From Octopus vulgaris (Eukaryota), in NCBI GenBank assembly GCA_951406725.2, contig OX597825.1:42160001-42224000 (forward strand): a stretch of DNA of 64,000 nt, read 5' to 3'. This document shows, piece after piece, positions 1 through 12,310 of the stretch (positions are counted from its first letter, which is position 1; every line of letters starts with the position of its first letter). The notes beneath the pieces were generated by a model. That model searched no databases, was not told the origin of the DNA, and saw only the letters and a list, made by a program, of their open reading frames with translations. The position numbers and the translations under genes are program-made.

Positions 1-19
1 TATTGTTAATGTCTCTGAA

Positions 20-1330
20 GGAGCTTGAATAACTCATCACAATTTCTGATTTCTCTTACCTCAAAAGTGTAGAACTTTTGACCCAAATCAAAACAAACCA
101 ATATATAACTTTCTACATGACATAGTGAGAGATATGAATCCGGTGTTTCTACTTAGTATTCATCACTGACAATAACATGAAAAGAGGAAATGGTTTATCT
201 AGGAAGATAACTTATCATAATCTAAATCTGATTTTTGCATTAAACCATTTATATAATCAACTATAAATATTCTGCTGAATTCCTAAATCATTTGAAGAAT
301 CCTTGCCAAAATGAAAGCTATTGTTACCTTACTATTCCTTTGTAATATATAAGAAAAGAATTTTGTCCTGCTTACATTGTTTTACCAAAGTTGTGAAGGG
401 AATTATTTGAAATATATTACTTGGATACAAAACCTATGTTGATAAACCAGATGACTTATTTATATCACATATTGAATACGAAGAAAATGAAAATGTTATA
501 TTATCCTTCAAATCATAAATTCCTTTAGTGTTTCTATTCTTCTTTTAATATTTTCCCTTCAATGTTGCATCTTAATCTGATGAAAACATCTATTTATTCC
601 ATTAATTTCCAACTGTTCTCTTGTCGAAGGAGTTCAATGGTTTTCACACAACTTTCAGTATTCTCTCATCCTGTTTTCTTGTTGCTTTTACAATAGCAGC
701 AGCAAGAATAACACCAACTGACACTACAACCACAATTATCACCATCACCATCATCATCATCATATTTTCAATGATACATTTGCTTCCATGGAATACCCCA
801 TTTCTCTCATTATCTATTCTTATTTTTCCTTCCCTTCATTTCTCTTGTATTCTTACAATTAAACGACTGTTTCCTTTTTCTTGATCATGCTGTTGTTGTT
901 AAGATAAACTCATTCTAACATATCTTTTCGATTCTTCATGTTGCTTGCTGTTTTATGATCTTATCTTATTCACTATTGCTGCTAAACTAGTTTTATTATA
1001 TCTTCTTATGTTTTCTTCCTTTTTTCAATTGTGTTTATTTATTATATTTTTTATTCTCAACTCTATATTCTCTGAATACCAGAATATCTTTGGCCAGATA
1101 TAATCTCATCCATCTTACATTTCAAGTTGTTTTATATTTTTCTTGTTTTTTTCCTTTCCTACTTTTCCCTTCATTTGTTTATAATACTTTTCCTGCTGGT
1201 CATTCTTTATTGTCAATGTAAGTCTTTGAATGTTTAGCTTTTCTCTCTGTACTCTTCTTAACAATAAAATTCATTGACTTTGCTAACCAAGTATTTGCAC
1301 TTGTTCATGCTTCCTATTGATAAGTATAGC
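20..1330 (-). mobile_element. Highly decayed R4/Dong-like non-LTR retrotransposon relic
   Basis: Only faint minus-strand similarity to RT motifs (SRIFIVDY for SHLLYMDD near 250-280; K/R-rich N-terminal-like peptides at 880-1110); many stops. Confidence 0.25.
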
Positions 1331-1444
1331 CTTACTTACTGTTTGATATATTCAAAATCTAGAGGTTAGATTAAAATACAATTGCCAGGATTTAGTGTTT
1401 TATTTTTTACACTATACTCTTTTTTGTTATAATGATATCTAAAA

Positions 1445-1532
1445 GTATGTATGTGTATATACGTAAATATATGTATGTATGTATGTGTATATATATATAT
1501 ATATGTATATACATATATATATATATACATAC

Positions 1533-1617
<85 letters not shown>
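1445..1617. repeat. (TA)n/(TACA)n microsatellite
   Basis: Direct inspection. Confidence 0.95.
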
Positions 1618-1619
<2 letters not shown>

Positions 1620-1829
1620 TAAGCATGTATTTATGCGTGATTGTATTGTTTCAGTTTTTCTTTTATTTGTTTATTAGAATTCTTCCCTGAAGGAGGGAAT
1701 TAGGTTTTAACAAAGAAACTAAAGCTTCATCACTGGAATTTAGATAACAATAATAATTGTTATATATCAGGCATTAAGAAACTTTTACATATTTTTAGTT
1801 TCATTTATGGATTGCCTTTGTAGTAAGAC

Positions 1830-4480
1830 TATGTAAACCAATCTCTTGCTGATGGCCTATCATTTCCAGATTTTCACTGAGATAGTTTTTAACATATCCA
1901 AGTGCACCAAGAGTATTGGTATAAATGTAAATTCATATTGAGGGTACAAGAGCTTCATATTTCAAAAATGTAATTTCATAACTAGGGTACAGGAGCTGCA
2001 TGTTTCAAAGCAGTTGTCCATAAACAGAGAACTTGTCATGGAGTTTGGAAGAGATGTTCACATCTGAAGGGCAGCTAATATCTATGATGGCAGATGATAT
2101 TATTTTCCTTTTCCAAACAACTATAACAGGTCTGTTATGCTTGCACCTGACAGAAGTTTTAACAAGAATGTCACACCAACATTGATAAATATGGATCATA
2201 GAAAAAGTATTGTCTTTTTTTATCCTAGACCAGTCTTTTCTACAAATGGCACTGATTATTGTTTAGTAACTGCATCACATCACACTGGGCAGTAGTACCT
2301 AGATGATATTTTTGGGCAGCTACTGAATGCATGTGATATGTTGTCCACTAACAAATAACTTAATCAACAGTTGCAGTTGCATATTCACATTTTAAAAGCT
2401 TTGTTGTCCCATTTGCCCATAGAATTTGTTCTTGGATTGCAAAAGCATAGCCTTTCAATATGTAACATGATGTAGCAATCATGAGTTCAAGACAGGCTAC
2501 TTCTCATGATAATGTCATCCTTTTTGAGTTTATGGGAAACATATGTATAACATTTTTGTGGTATGCAAAGTATTTCCCTTCCAGGTTTTTGCTTAGATAT
2601 ACAAGCCCTGCATTTCTGGGCTTTTATGGATGGCCATCAGGAAGTGAAATTTTCTTGAGAATTTCACTATCAACAACCTACTGGATGCTATTCACTTTAT
2701 TTTTGAGTTCCTACCGCTCTATGTCACGCTGGTGAGACCCATATTGGAGTACGGGATTCAAGCCTCTTCTCCTTATCTCCTCAAAGGCATACATCATCCC
2801 GAAAGAGTCCAGAAGCTGGCTACCTGCATGGTTCTTGGTCTCAAGCATTTGTCTTATGAAGAAAGGCTGAAGACGCTCAGCCTTTATTCTCTAGAAAAAC
2901 GACGACGCCATGGTGATCTCATTCTCGCTCACAACATCATAAGCGGGAAGTGTAACCTCTCGAAAGAGCTGTTCTTCACTCCTGCTCAAGAGCATTAGCT
3001 GTGGGGTCACTCCGAAAAGCTCTATCTGCGACGATTTCATCTTAATCAAGGGTGAGGGGCTTTCTCCATCCGGGTTGTGGATACATAGAATAAGCTGCCG
3101 GACGAGATAGTGAAGATGCCGACGACCGCTCAGTTCAAAGTCTCTCTTGACCAGAAATGGCCTGAACTCTTTGCATGAACACCCTCCCTGTACATAACTC
3201 CATGTCCCCCTACATGGCCTTGCTTTTTGCTTTTTGAGCCAAACAATTAACTTAACTTAACTTAACTACTTGGTTGATGTATGTATTGTTGCTGCCATAG
3301 TTTAGCAAGTATACAATGGAACTTGTTTGAATGGCACTTGAAAGCTGTCTGTACTGATTTTAAGCTTCTTCCTCCTTTTTTTCTTCTGAGGTAATTGGCC
3401 AGTATTCCTGTTACTGGGTAAATTTGTAGCTGATATCAGGATCTTGCAAATTTTAATGTCTATGGGATGGATTTCCTCCCTTGACCAGCTGAGTATCCCA
3501 AATGTTGATATCAGTATATTTAGTACAAATGCATTATGGGATATTGTCTTGTTATAAGAAGAAATCTCTGACTATTGTATTTTTGAAGTCTGGTGTTATA
3601 TTCTCTGATCTCTCTATTTTTGTTCTCAGTATAATTGTTTGATATATTTTCATCAATGCCAAGGTGGTTGTAGCACTCATTTTGAGGAACACAGAATATA
3701 GAAAGACTAGTGATGCAAAGATTTTAGGTTTGGGGAACAGTTTTTCAACATCAACTGTAAAATTTGAATATTTCTTTTTACCAAAATCCATCCCTCTATA
3801 CTGTGATAAAATCCAGCTGTTGTTCAGTATTGTAAGTATTTCAGGCATAGATCTTTATCATGCACAAAAATAGCTTTAACAGTTTCAGGGTAGGAAGTAT
3901 TATTACATACATATTCATTATCATCATTTCTACCTTTAAAATTTGAGACCCATTTTAATGGGGTAACATTGATGGAGGTTTATGTTATCAGTGATGTATG
4001 TGCTCTGACACTCTCAATTTATTTTTTTTATCATTACACCATCCAGCTTTTATCACTAGCTACTGGGGTTTTTTTTTGCCATGCTTGTATATGTGGGTAG
4101 ATCTTTCTCAACACTGCTTGTTGCTGATCATCACAGTCCTTTGCCATGTTCTCTGTAAACCTCATGTCATGTTGCATTTACGAGGTTATAATAAAACCAA
4201 AGCTTATGCTGTAGTAGATGGGAAAATGAAAATAATAATTAGTCATTGCATAATACTGTTATTTTCTTCCTCACTACAAAATTACTCTCTATATTAAATA
4301 TGCTGGTAAAGAATATTGCTGGTTCTTGTTTAATTGAAGGAAGCCTGTTCAGTACTGCACTAGGTCCTAGCTATTAGTTGTTGTGACATGCTTCCGTTCC
4401 TGATGGGTGCTCTGCACTATGCTTTAAATTAAAGTACCCAGCTGCTATTGGTACAAATACATTTCCATGTAATTTTTTTT
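1830..4480 (-). mobile_element. Decayed R4/Dong-like RLE non-LTR retrotransposon, interrupted by a CR1 insertion
   Basis: Minus-strand peptides in correct order: GMDFGKKK (RT, ~3790), ISHNAFVLNILISTFGILSW (~3500), zinc-knuckle remnant ISHAFSSCPK (~2320), RLE KHNRPVIVV..IIDISCPSDVNI (2050-2150), LGALGYVKNYL (~1900). Confidence 0.75.
2705..3267 (+). mobile_element. 5'-truncated CR1-type LINE 3' end
   Basis: LYVTLVRPILEYG..ERVQKLAT..LSYEERLKTL.LYSLEKRRRHGDLI (post-RT CR1 motifs), FS.RVV..*NKLP, 3' tail of (TTAAC) repeats at 3247-3266. Confidence 0.9.
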
Positions 4481-4852
4481 TCTATATTTTGCTTTTCAGT
4501 CTTGGCATCATGTTGTTGAGGAGAAAGAAAATGGTGGTAGTCTTCACAAATGTACCATTTTCAAAAGTCAATGAAAAAACATGTGTGTATGACACTAAAC
4601 CTGAACAATCTAAAGAATTATATGGATAAAAGCTGAAAGCAAATTTTCAAATTGTAGTACTGTGAAGGAAAAAGGATTGAAAACAAGCACTATATAACAT
4701 TAAATTTGAATATTTGAATTATAGGAAGAAACATGAAGAGAGAGAGAGAGATAGAGTGTAATGAAAATGTCAAAGCAATTTTCGTACATGCCAACATTTA
4801 ACAAACTAAAGTAAATTGATATCTCAGAAAACTACAATATATCGACAAATTA

Positions 4853-4965
4853 TACACACATGCACACATACATACACACACACACACACACATAAACACA
4901 CACACACACACATACACACACAAAACACACACACGTATACAGACACACACCCGTGTGTGTGTGTG
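4853..4965. repeat. (CA)n microsatellite
   Basis: Direct inspection. Confidence 0.9.
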
Positions 4966-5594
4966 AGTAAAGTTATGCATATACATAAGTAAAGTTATGA
5001 CTTCAATTGAAATAGTTTCTGTGCATTGCAAAAATATATATTAAAGAAAAAGTTAAAAACATAAAAAATATTACATATCACACCAATTTTGAACAAATCT
5101 TAATTAGAGAAATAACATGTGAAAAGGAAAATATAAAACTGAAATAGCATCTCCATATTAAAAATAAAAATAAAATCATCAAAAACTGCCTATATGCAAT
5201 ATGTTTTGCTGCATAAATCAATTTATTGCCTGATTCAGCAAGAATATATTTATACTACTCATACAAAGCCTCACATTAAGGACTGGATTCAACACACTAT
5301 ACTTGGCTACAATTTTCTATTTAATAGCTGTTAGTAAAAACATGTGCACAAAAAAATTACATATTTCATAATACTTACTATCAATTTCTATTTCTTGGAA
5401 ACAAAGCAGGAGTTTTGCCCATTCATAAACAAACTTTATGCAAACACTTATACTGCAAGAATTAGCTACCAAGTTTCTTCTATATTCCACCGTACCAGCT
5501 AAAATAGTAAAGGACACATTGGTTAAAGTAGTCCTAGATACAAAGCTGTTTGGTCAAATTAGAAATTACTGCTATAAGAGGGTAAAGAGTAACA

Positions 5595-5770
5595 GTATCA
5601 TTAGAGTGATGGGCAAACTCCTTGCTAATAAGTATTCAGTTATAGTTCCATAAGTTTCTGAGTTCAAATCCTGCTAGAGTCAACAGTGACTTCTAGGCCT
5701 CCTGAGTCAATAAAATTAAATGCTAATCAAGGACTGTAGTCAGTCTTAATAACTTTTACTCTTCTGCAAT
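5595..5770 (+). mobile_element. Decayed tRNA-derived SINE (family with gagttcaaatcc..gtcaataaaat core)
   Basis: Same motifs as the copies at 8520, 11130, 12016, 29750. Confidence 0.55.
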
Positions 5771-5779
5771 TATCGGTGG

Positions 5780-7380
5780 AATTTATATTGTACATCACAT
5801 TCTCTACTTCATTACCTTATAACTTACATTTACCTAATTTTTCTGATAACATATGTTTTTTTCCACTGAATTGAAGGGGTTGGTTCTGGGTTGCATGTGC
5901 TAGGCTTTCAATTTTGTATTTCAGATCCCCTTTATCAGGATTTCCAGAAAATCTGAGCAGGTTCTATATTTCCTTCAACTAGTCATGTAGGGTTATATGT
6001 TTATATTTACTTTACAGTTCTACCATTCCATTTTCTTGGTAGTCACTCTGGTTCTAAATGCTTTATTTAACTAAGTCAATACATTCTGCAATATACTGCA
6101 TCAGCAATTCTTCACTAATTGCTAAATATTTATTGAATGATCTACATCTATTGGCATCATATATTTCAATGCTGATAATCCTTCAACATCCATTCTTTTA
6201 TTAGATGTATAAGTGAACCACAGAAGCTGGTATATTTCTATCACTGTTGTTAATCTACTTTTCAGCCTAATGAAGGATCACAGTACTGCAGTGTGTCACT
6301 GACAGGGTCCTGCTGTTGAAGGTTGTGTTTAAATTCCTGAAATATATGTTGCTTTTCACTCTCACTTTCAGCCGTCTTAAACGTATCTGTCATACTTATC
6401 ATCATCTTTCCACCTTAAAAAGTTATTTAATCTAGTAAGCCCAGATATTTATAGCAGTCACTATCAAGGCCAATGATAGCTGAATATCATGTTATGTCAC
6501 TTTCTACCTCTCTTCAAATTAACTACCATACATTTTAAGATACCAAACTCCATTCCCATCTCTAGCAACTATAGCAACTATAGTGTACCACTTTTACAAG
6601 CATATTCATGTGGTTTTCTCACTTACTAAACAGTTTTAGGGTGTTCATAAATGAAAATGGTAATCTCTAGGATTTTCTTTCCAAGGTAGTACCCAACCCT
6701 ATTTCATGTAATATCATCGACAATATTATCAATAAGGCAAACAAATGAAATAAAGGGCAAATAGGCATCACCTTGGAAAATGCTTCATTTAATATTAACC
6801 TATCTCATAAAGATTTGTTTTCTAATGCCACATGCTAGAAGCCATGATATTGATGACATTTTCAACAAAGTTGTAGGGTATCAACCTTTTTGATCTATAG
6901 ACAAATTTCATTTACTAGCAGGTGATGATACATTTATCTGCAAATATTCTGGGTAAGAACTTCCACAGCAGATTAAGCTTGCAGTTGGGCAGTAATTTGC
7001 TACTGTTTCTTTTTTATTCTTATCTTTTATTATGAAAATGGTTTTCCTTTGCCCATTCATATGATACTTTTCTTAGAGAAATCAAAATTGTCCTATTTTC
7101 ACACATAGGTGGGAAAATTCTTCAACCAGAGCCCTTGGTTTCTATTATGCCCAAGTGTCTTCAAGCTGATATTTTTCTTACTTGTTCCACCACATTCTTT
7201 TCAGTTACTGTTTTCTATATACTTTAGGACTGTTCTTGCCCTCATCATCATTATCCTTTTCTATTAACATCCATTTATCTATGTTTGCATTGATCAAATG
7301 GAGTTTATTCAGGAAGATTTTCTATAGTCATATCCCTTTTCTGTCACCAAACATGAGACTACCTTATAATAAATCCTGAT
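5780..7380 (-). mobile_element. Decayed R4/Dong-like non-LTR retrotransposon RT region
   Basis: Minus strand SLKTLGHNRNQGLWLKNF (~7120-7165; for WKxPGxDxxxGFWLK) and VNIK*SIFQGDAYLP (~6755-6800; RT QGD motif). Confidence 0.65.
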
Positions 7381-7899
7381 TTCAGGAAATCACAAATGAC
7401 ATGGAAAAAATTAACAATGTAAGTCAAACTTTCTCACCTAAATATAGCAGACAAAGTGAAATTTATAACCAAATACCTACCTTTACTGATTAACTGGCAC
7501 TGAAATTTTTGCTGGCAATTCAAAGGTATTGCCTGAAAGTTACCAACATATTTCAGAAAAATATCATCTCAAATGAATATTTCTTTGTCTACCTATTGTA
7601 GACATTAATCACTGCAAAAATATTACAGAAATATTAACCTGTACCTCTAATTGTAATAAAAACTCCATTAGAGTTTCTGAATGCTGTATCCACCAAAACA
7701 GGTGTAAGGGAGGTAAGCTCTGTTCAAATTAACTCCACAAATTATAACCAGTATTTTGTGATCTTTATAGAAGGTATATATCATTAGGATTTATGTTGCT
7801 AGATTTTAAACAAATCCTAAGTATGAGGTCCCCTACAGCATTTTATTTTATTGACTCTGGAAGGAAAGAAATTATAATTGAAGGTATAAATCCTTATGA

Positions 7900-8230
7900 T
7901 TTATTCCTTTTGTAATGATTCCTATTTGGTGTATGCAGCTGAATACATCAAACACAGCTTGAGTGATGACAGTTGCACAGTAGAAAAATGAACTAAAAGA
8001 TTCAATGGACATAAGTATGATGAAACTTGCTGAACATTTTAAATCAAACGATTTTAAATTTGAGAAACATCTGAAAGTACACATTCTCATAAAATATTCT
8101 TACTCCACTGATCTTTGAGTCCTCACAAGATAAAATTACTTGTGAGTTAAAAGTGTATTTAGAGTGATGAACAAAGTGATAAAATTCCATCACATTTCCA
8201 CAAAACTTTTTAACTAAATGCTCTTTTGCC
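7900..8230 (+). pseudogene. Possible hAT transposase C-terminal (dimerization) remnant
   Basis: KVHILIK..NYL*VKSVFRVM resembles FxxVxxLLxI..ERxFSxLxxVKxxLRSxM; weak, with stops. Confidence 0.25.
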
Positions 8231-8519
8231 TGTCTTCTTTTCTTTTTCATCTCCTTTCTTTTCTCCTTGTTATCAGTTATGAAAAAGCAAAATTGATGAT
8301 GTTGTTTTGTCTAGAAAGGAATGCAAGATATTCCAGTTCAAATTTTAAATGTACTTCTGAATGTTGTCAATTTTATTTTATTTCTTTTTTTTTTAGAAGT
8401 CCCCAAGGAGGACAGACACACAGTTGAAATACTGTTCAGTTCAATAAAGCGAGTCAATCTGTATTTATAACATATCATACTGTGCTTTTCTTGTGCATTA
8501 TTATTATTAAGAATTGTTT

Positions 8520-8721
8520 GCATGCCAGGTAAAATGCTTAACACTATTTCATCTGTCTTCTTATTCTGTTGAGGTCAACTTTGCCTTTTATCTTTTTGGA
8601 GTCAATAAAATAAATATCAGTTAAACATGGGGATTGATGTAATCGACTTACCCCTTCTGCTGAAATTTCTGTCTTTGTGCCTTTAGTAGAAAAGATTATT
8701 ATTATTATTATTATTATTATT
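8520..8721 (+). mobile_element. tRNA-derived SINE (Nin/Deu-like central domain) with (ATT)n tail
   Basis: gaggtcaactttgccttt..gtcaataaaataa..ggggattgatgtaatcgacttaccc..gtgcctttagtagaaaag followed by (att)n; recurs across the window. Confidence 0.75.
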
Positions 8722-9179
8722 TTATGTTTGACCTCCAAGTCTCACCCAGAGACCTCAAGAGACAACAAGTTGGAAGTTCATGTTGGTGTTATGCCTAGGG
8801 TGCCATATATTTGGTTTTGTACTTAGTGTTGTACTAGTGAATGTTTAAGAAACCATAAAAAAATTGTTTGTTTTAAAACTTGAGATTACATAGAAAATAT
8901 TTTGCGTAGGATATGAGCAGTTCCAATGAGCACTATCTTTCGAATTTCTGCCAATTTTGGGTTTCCTGGTATCGGAGCTAGGTAGCAATCAGCCACTTTT
9001 GCTATCATTCCCAGGGCACCTATGACAACAGGTATTGTTTTAGTCTTCAGGCTGCACATTTCACTAATTTCTATTTCAAGATCTTTATATTTGCTTAGCT
9101 TTTGGTAGGTATTGACAGATACGTTTATATTGATTGGGACAGTCATATCAATGAGGAGGCATGATTTTTGTCTGAAGTT
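8722..9179 (-). mobile_element. Dong/R4-like retrotransposon 3' fragment (RLE C-terminus plus 3' UTR), subfamily A
   Basis: ORF 8886-9146 KLSKYKDLEIEI..IPVVIGALG..KIVLIGTAHILRK; (ATT)n on both sides. Confidence 0.85.
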
Positions 9180-9203
9180 TATTATTATTATTATTATTAT
9201 TAT

Positions 9204-11057
9204 TCAGTAGTTTTATTTTTATAGCGTGCTTTCACTTCACTACCGAGCGCAGCTCTGTGTGCCTTGGGTATGTGCTGTGATTTGTTGTGATGCTCTGATG
9301 GTTATTGTATGGAAAGTGTTCTGCGTAGGATGTGTGCAGTGCCTAGTAGTGCAATTTTCTGTATGTTATATGTGTTTGTAAGTTCTGGTGTTTTTGTTAT
9401 GTATTTGTCTGAATATTTTTTTATCACGCCTAATGCACCTACTATGATAGGAATTGTTTCTGTTTTCAGATTCCACATTCTAGTTACCTCTATTTCCAGG
9501 TCTTTGTATTTTGAGAGTTTCTCCATTTCTTTTAGAGACACGTTGTCATCAGCCGGTATTGATACATCAATTAGAAAGCATTTTTTTCTTCATGATCTCT
9601 GACAACTATATCTGGTCTGTTGGCCTTAATTTCTCTATCTGTGTGTATCGGCATATCCCAGAGTATGGTTGCTTTCTCGTTTTTTGTGACCTTTTCTGGT
9701 GTGTGCCTATACCATCTTTTTTCTGTTGTTATTCCATAATGTTGGCATAGTTTCCAATGTATGTAGGTTCCAACTCTGTCATGTCTGTGAATATATTCCT
9801 TCTTAGCCAGGACTGGGAAACTAGAGATAATATGATTTATTGTTTCTTGTCCATCTCCACATATTCTGCAGTTACTTGTAATATTTCTTTTGATTACATG
9901 TTTTTGGTAATTTCTGGTGGGGAGGCTTTGGTCTTGTGCTGCAATTAAAAAATCCCTCTGTTTCTGCTTTGAGTCCTGAGCTTCTCAACCATTGCTGGGA
10001 TTTTTCTTTGTCTATTTCTTTTGCGTTTAGTTTAGTCCAGTATTTACCATGAAGGGGCTTTTCTTGCCATCGTTTTATCATGGTTCGTTGCTGTTCTATT
10101 TTTAGTTTGGATTTCATTTGTTTTATAGCTTTTGTTGTTTCTTCATCTTCTTCTTCTTCTTCATGTTTATTAGGTGGTATGATTTCTTGTTTGTATTTGT
10201 CAGCTTCCTTAAATACTGAGAACAGTTTTTTGTTTTGCTCGTGTTTTGCCGCTATCTGGATCAGTTTTCCTTCCTTCTGAAGTAGATATTTTTGCAGTCC
10301 TATGGTGGTTATTTTATAGTAGTTTTCCAGCTGTATAAGGCCTCTACCACCTTCTATACGTTGTATATATAGTCTTTCTATGTCAGATTTTGGGTGATGC
10401 ATCCTAGATCCTGTCATTATTTTTCTTGTTTTCCTATCTATTTTGGTCAGTTCATTTCGTGTCCAGTTAAGGATATGGTAGCTGTAACTTATAACTGGGA
10501 CAGCTAAAGTGTTGATACCTATTATCTTGTTTTTAGCATTGAGCTCTGTGTTTAGTATTGATCTAACTCGTCTATAATATTCTTTTTTTATTTTCTCTTT
10601 CATTTGTGTGTGTTGTGTCTTATCTAGTTCATGGATTCCTAAGTATTTGTAAGTTTGGCTTTGGTCTAATTCTTTTATTTCATTGGTTTTATCTAGTGTG
10701 ATGTTGTTACTCTTAACTAGTTTTCCTCTTTTCATGGTTACTTTGGCGTATTTTTCTAATCCAAATTTCATATCTATTTCTTTGCTAAATCCATGAACTG
10801 TCTTTAATAGTGTTTCCAGCTGTTTGTCATTTGCAGCGTATAGTTTTAGGTCATCCATATATAAAAGGTGGCTGATCGTTTTGCCGTAACATTTATATCC
10901 GCATCCAGTTCTATTTAGTATATCAGATAGAGGTGACGGTGCCAAACAGAAAAGGAATGGAGAGAGCGTGACTCCCTGGAATATTCCTCTTCTAATGAAT
11001 ATTCCTCTTCTAATGAATATTCGTCTTCTAATGAATATTCCTCTTCTAATATTCCTC

Positions 11058-11059
<2 letters not shown>
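9204..11059 (-). mobile_element. Young 5'-truncated Dong/R4-like retrotransposon (RT, zinc knuckle, RLE), subfamily B
   Basis: GIFQG..LSP, ISHLLYMDDLKLYA, FGLEK, YKYLG, GGRGL, PLHG, CRICG..ETINHIISSF, ANRPDIVV..IDVSIP, KYKDL..IIVGALG; frameshifts in homopolymer runs near 9950 and 9585; (ATT)n flanks at both ends. Confidence 0.93.
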
Positions 11060-11121
<62 letters not shown>

Positions 11122-11146
11122 TATTAAGGGTACATGGTTGGTACAA
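9872..11146 (-). CDS. 424-aa ORF: retrotransposon RT fragment fused in frame to poly-Asn microsatellite
   Basis: ORF track; YMDD motif; N-terminus derives from (AAT)n and an 18-bp repeat, so probably not a functional gene. Confidence 0.5.
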
Positions 11147-11347
11147 TCACTAAACTATCAGACAAAATACCTTGTAGCATTTAGTTACAAATCTTTATAT
11201 TAAAAGTTCGAATCCAACTGAGGTCAACTTTGCCTTTCATCTCCTCAAGGTCAATAAAATTAAATTAAATACCAATCAAATACCCAAGTAAATTTAATCA
11301 AATCTCTCTTACTGAAATTTTTACCCTTGTGCTTGTATTAAAAGCAA
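11130..11347 (+). mobile_element. tRNA-derived SINE (Nin/Deu-like domain)
   Basis: gacaaaatacc..gttcgaatcc..gaggtcaactttgcctttcatc..gtcaataaaat. Confidence 0.7.
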
Positions 11348-11373
11348 TTCTTCTTCTTCTTCTTCTTCTTCTT

Positions 11374-11428
<55 letters not shown>

Positions 11429-11445
11429 CCACCACCACCACCACC

Positions 11446-11479
<34 letters not shown>

Positions 11480-11520
11480 TCATCATCATTATTATTATTA
11501 TTATTATTACTACTACTATT
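11348..11520. repeat. Compound trinucleotide microsatellite (CTT)(ATC)(ACC)(ATC)(ATT)(ACT)
   Basis: Direct inspection. Confidence 0.95.
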
Positions 11521-11910
11521 GCCTTTGCACAGCTTCTAATGCTGGAGATGTACCACAGTGTCAGCTGTTCACTACCAGTGAACTAAGGTAACACCCCTTA
11601 TTTTTCAAGCACCTTCCGGAATATTTGAGCAGTTCCAAGCAGTGCTGTTTTCTGCAAGTGCTCCACCCTTATTACAACTCTTATTTGTTCCATGTACTTC
11701 TCAAGATTTTTACTCATTGTTCCCAGGGCTCCGATAGTTATTAGTACCACTACTACCTTTTACAGTGAACACAACTGCTTAACCTCCCAAGCTAACCTGT
11801 CATATCTCTCAACTTTTCTTTCTTCCTTATTGCATACCTTGTTGTCAGCTGGGAATGCTATATCTCTGATCCAGCATAGTTTGCTTTCTTTCTCAATTAA
11901 GACTATTAAG
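11521..11910 (-). mobile_element. Dong/R4-like retrotransposon 3' fragment, subfamily C
   Basis: CWIRDIAFPADNKV..KVERYDRLAWEVKQL, then ..GALG.. and LQKTALLGTAQIFRKVL; (ATT)n on both sides. Confidence 0.8.
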
Positions 11911-11952
11911 ATTATTATTATTAATAATAATAATAATATTATTATTATTATA

Positions 11953-12008
<56 letters not shown>

Positions 12009-12015
12009 CATTATT

Positions 12016-12310
12016 AAGGCAGTGGAACTTGCAGAGTCGTTAGCATGCTGGGCAAAATGCTTTGTGCTGGATCTAAGCATTTTGCATGCTGGGCAAAATG
12101 CTTAGAGGCATTTTGTCCATCTTCACATTTGGGGTATCCTATGTGACGACCTAGATGAGAGACATTTGGTGTTCAAATTCTGCCAATGTCAACTTTGCCT
12201 TTCATCATTTCAGGGTCAATAAAATAAGTACCAGCTGATCCATGGGGTCAATGTAAATGGCTTACCCCTCTGCCAAAATTGCTGGCCTCATGCCAAAATT
12301 AGAAATCATC
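12016..12310 (+). mobile_element. tRNA-derived SINE (Nin/Deu-like domain)
   Basis: ggcagtggaacttgcagagtcgttagcatgctgggcaaaatgc (internally duplicated)..gttcaaattctgcc..gcctttcatcatttcagggtcaataaaataagtacc. Confidence 0.75.

Noticed and set aside
1366-1677. YI/HT/CV-rich ORFs here and at 36917, 40157, 45082, 48205, 60953
   Set aside because: Translations of dinucleotide microsatellites
10979-11059. CRISPR-like repeat array
   Set aside because: No spacers; repeats are duplicated RT coding sequence in a eukaryotic context
11298-12105. Poly-I/M/T ORFs resembling membrane proteins
   Set aside because: Trinucleotide repeats plus antisense or sense LINE fragments
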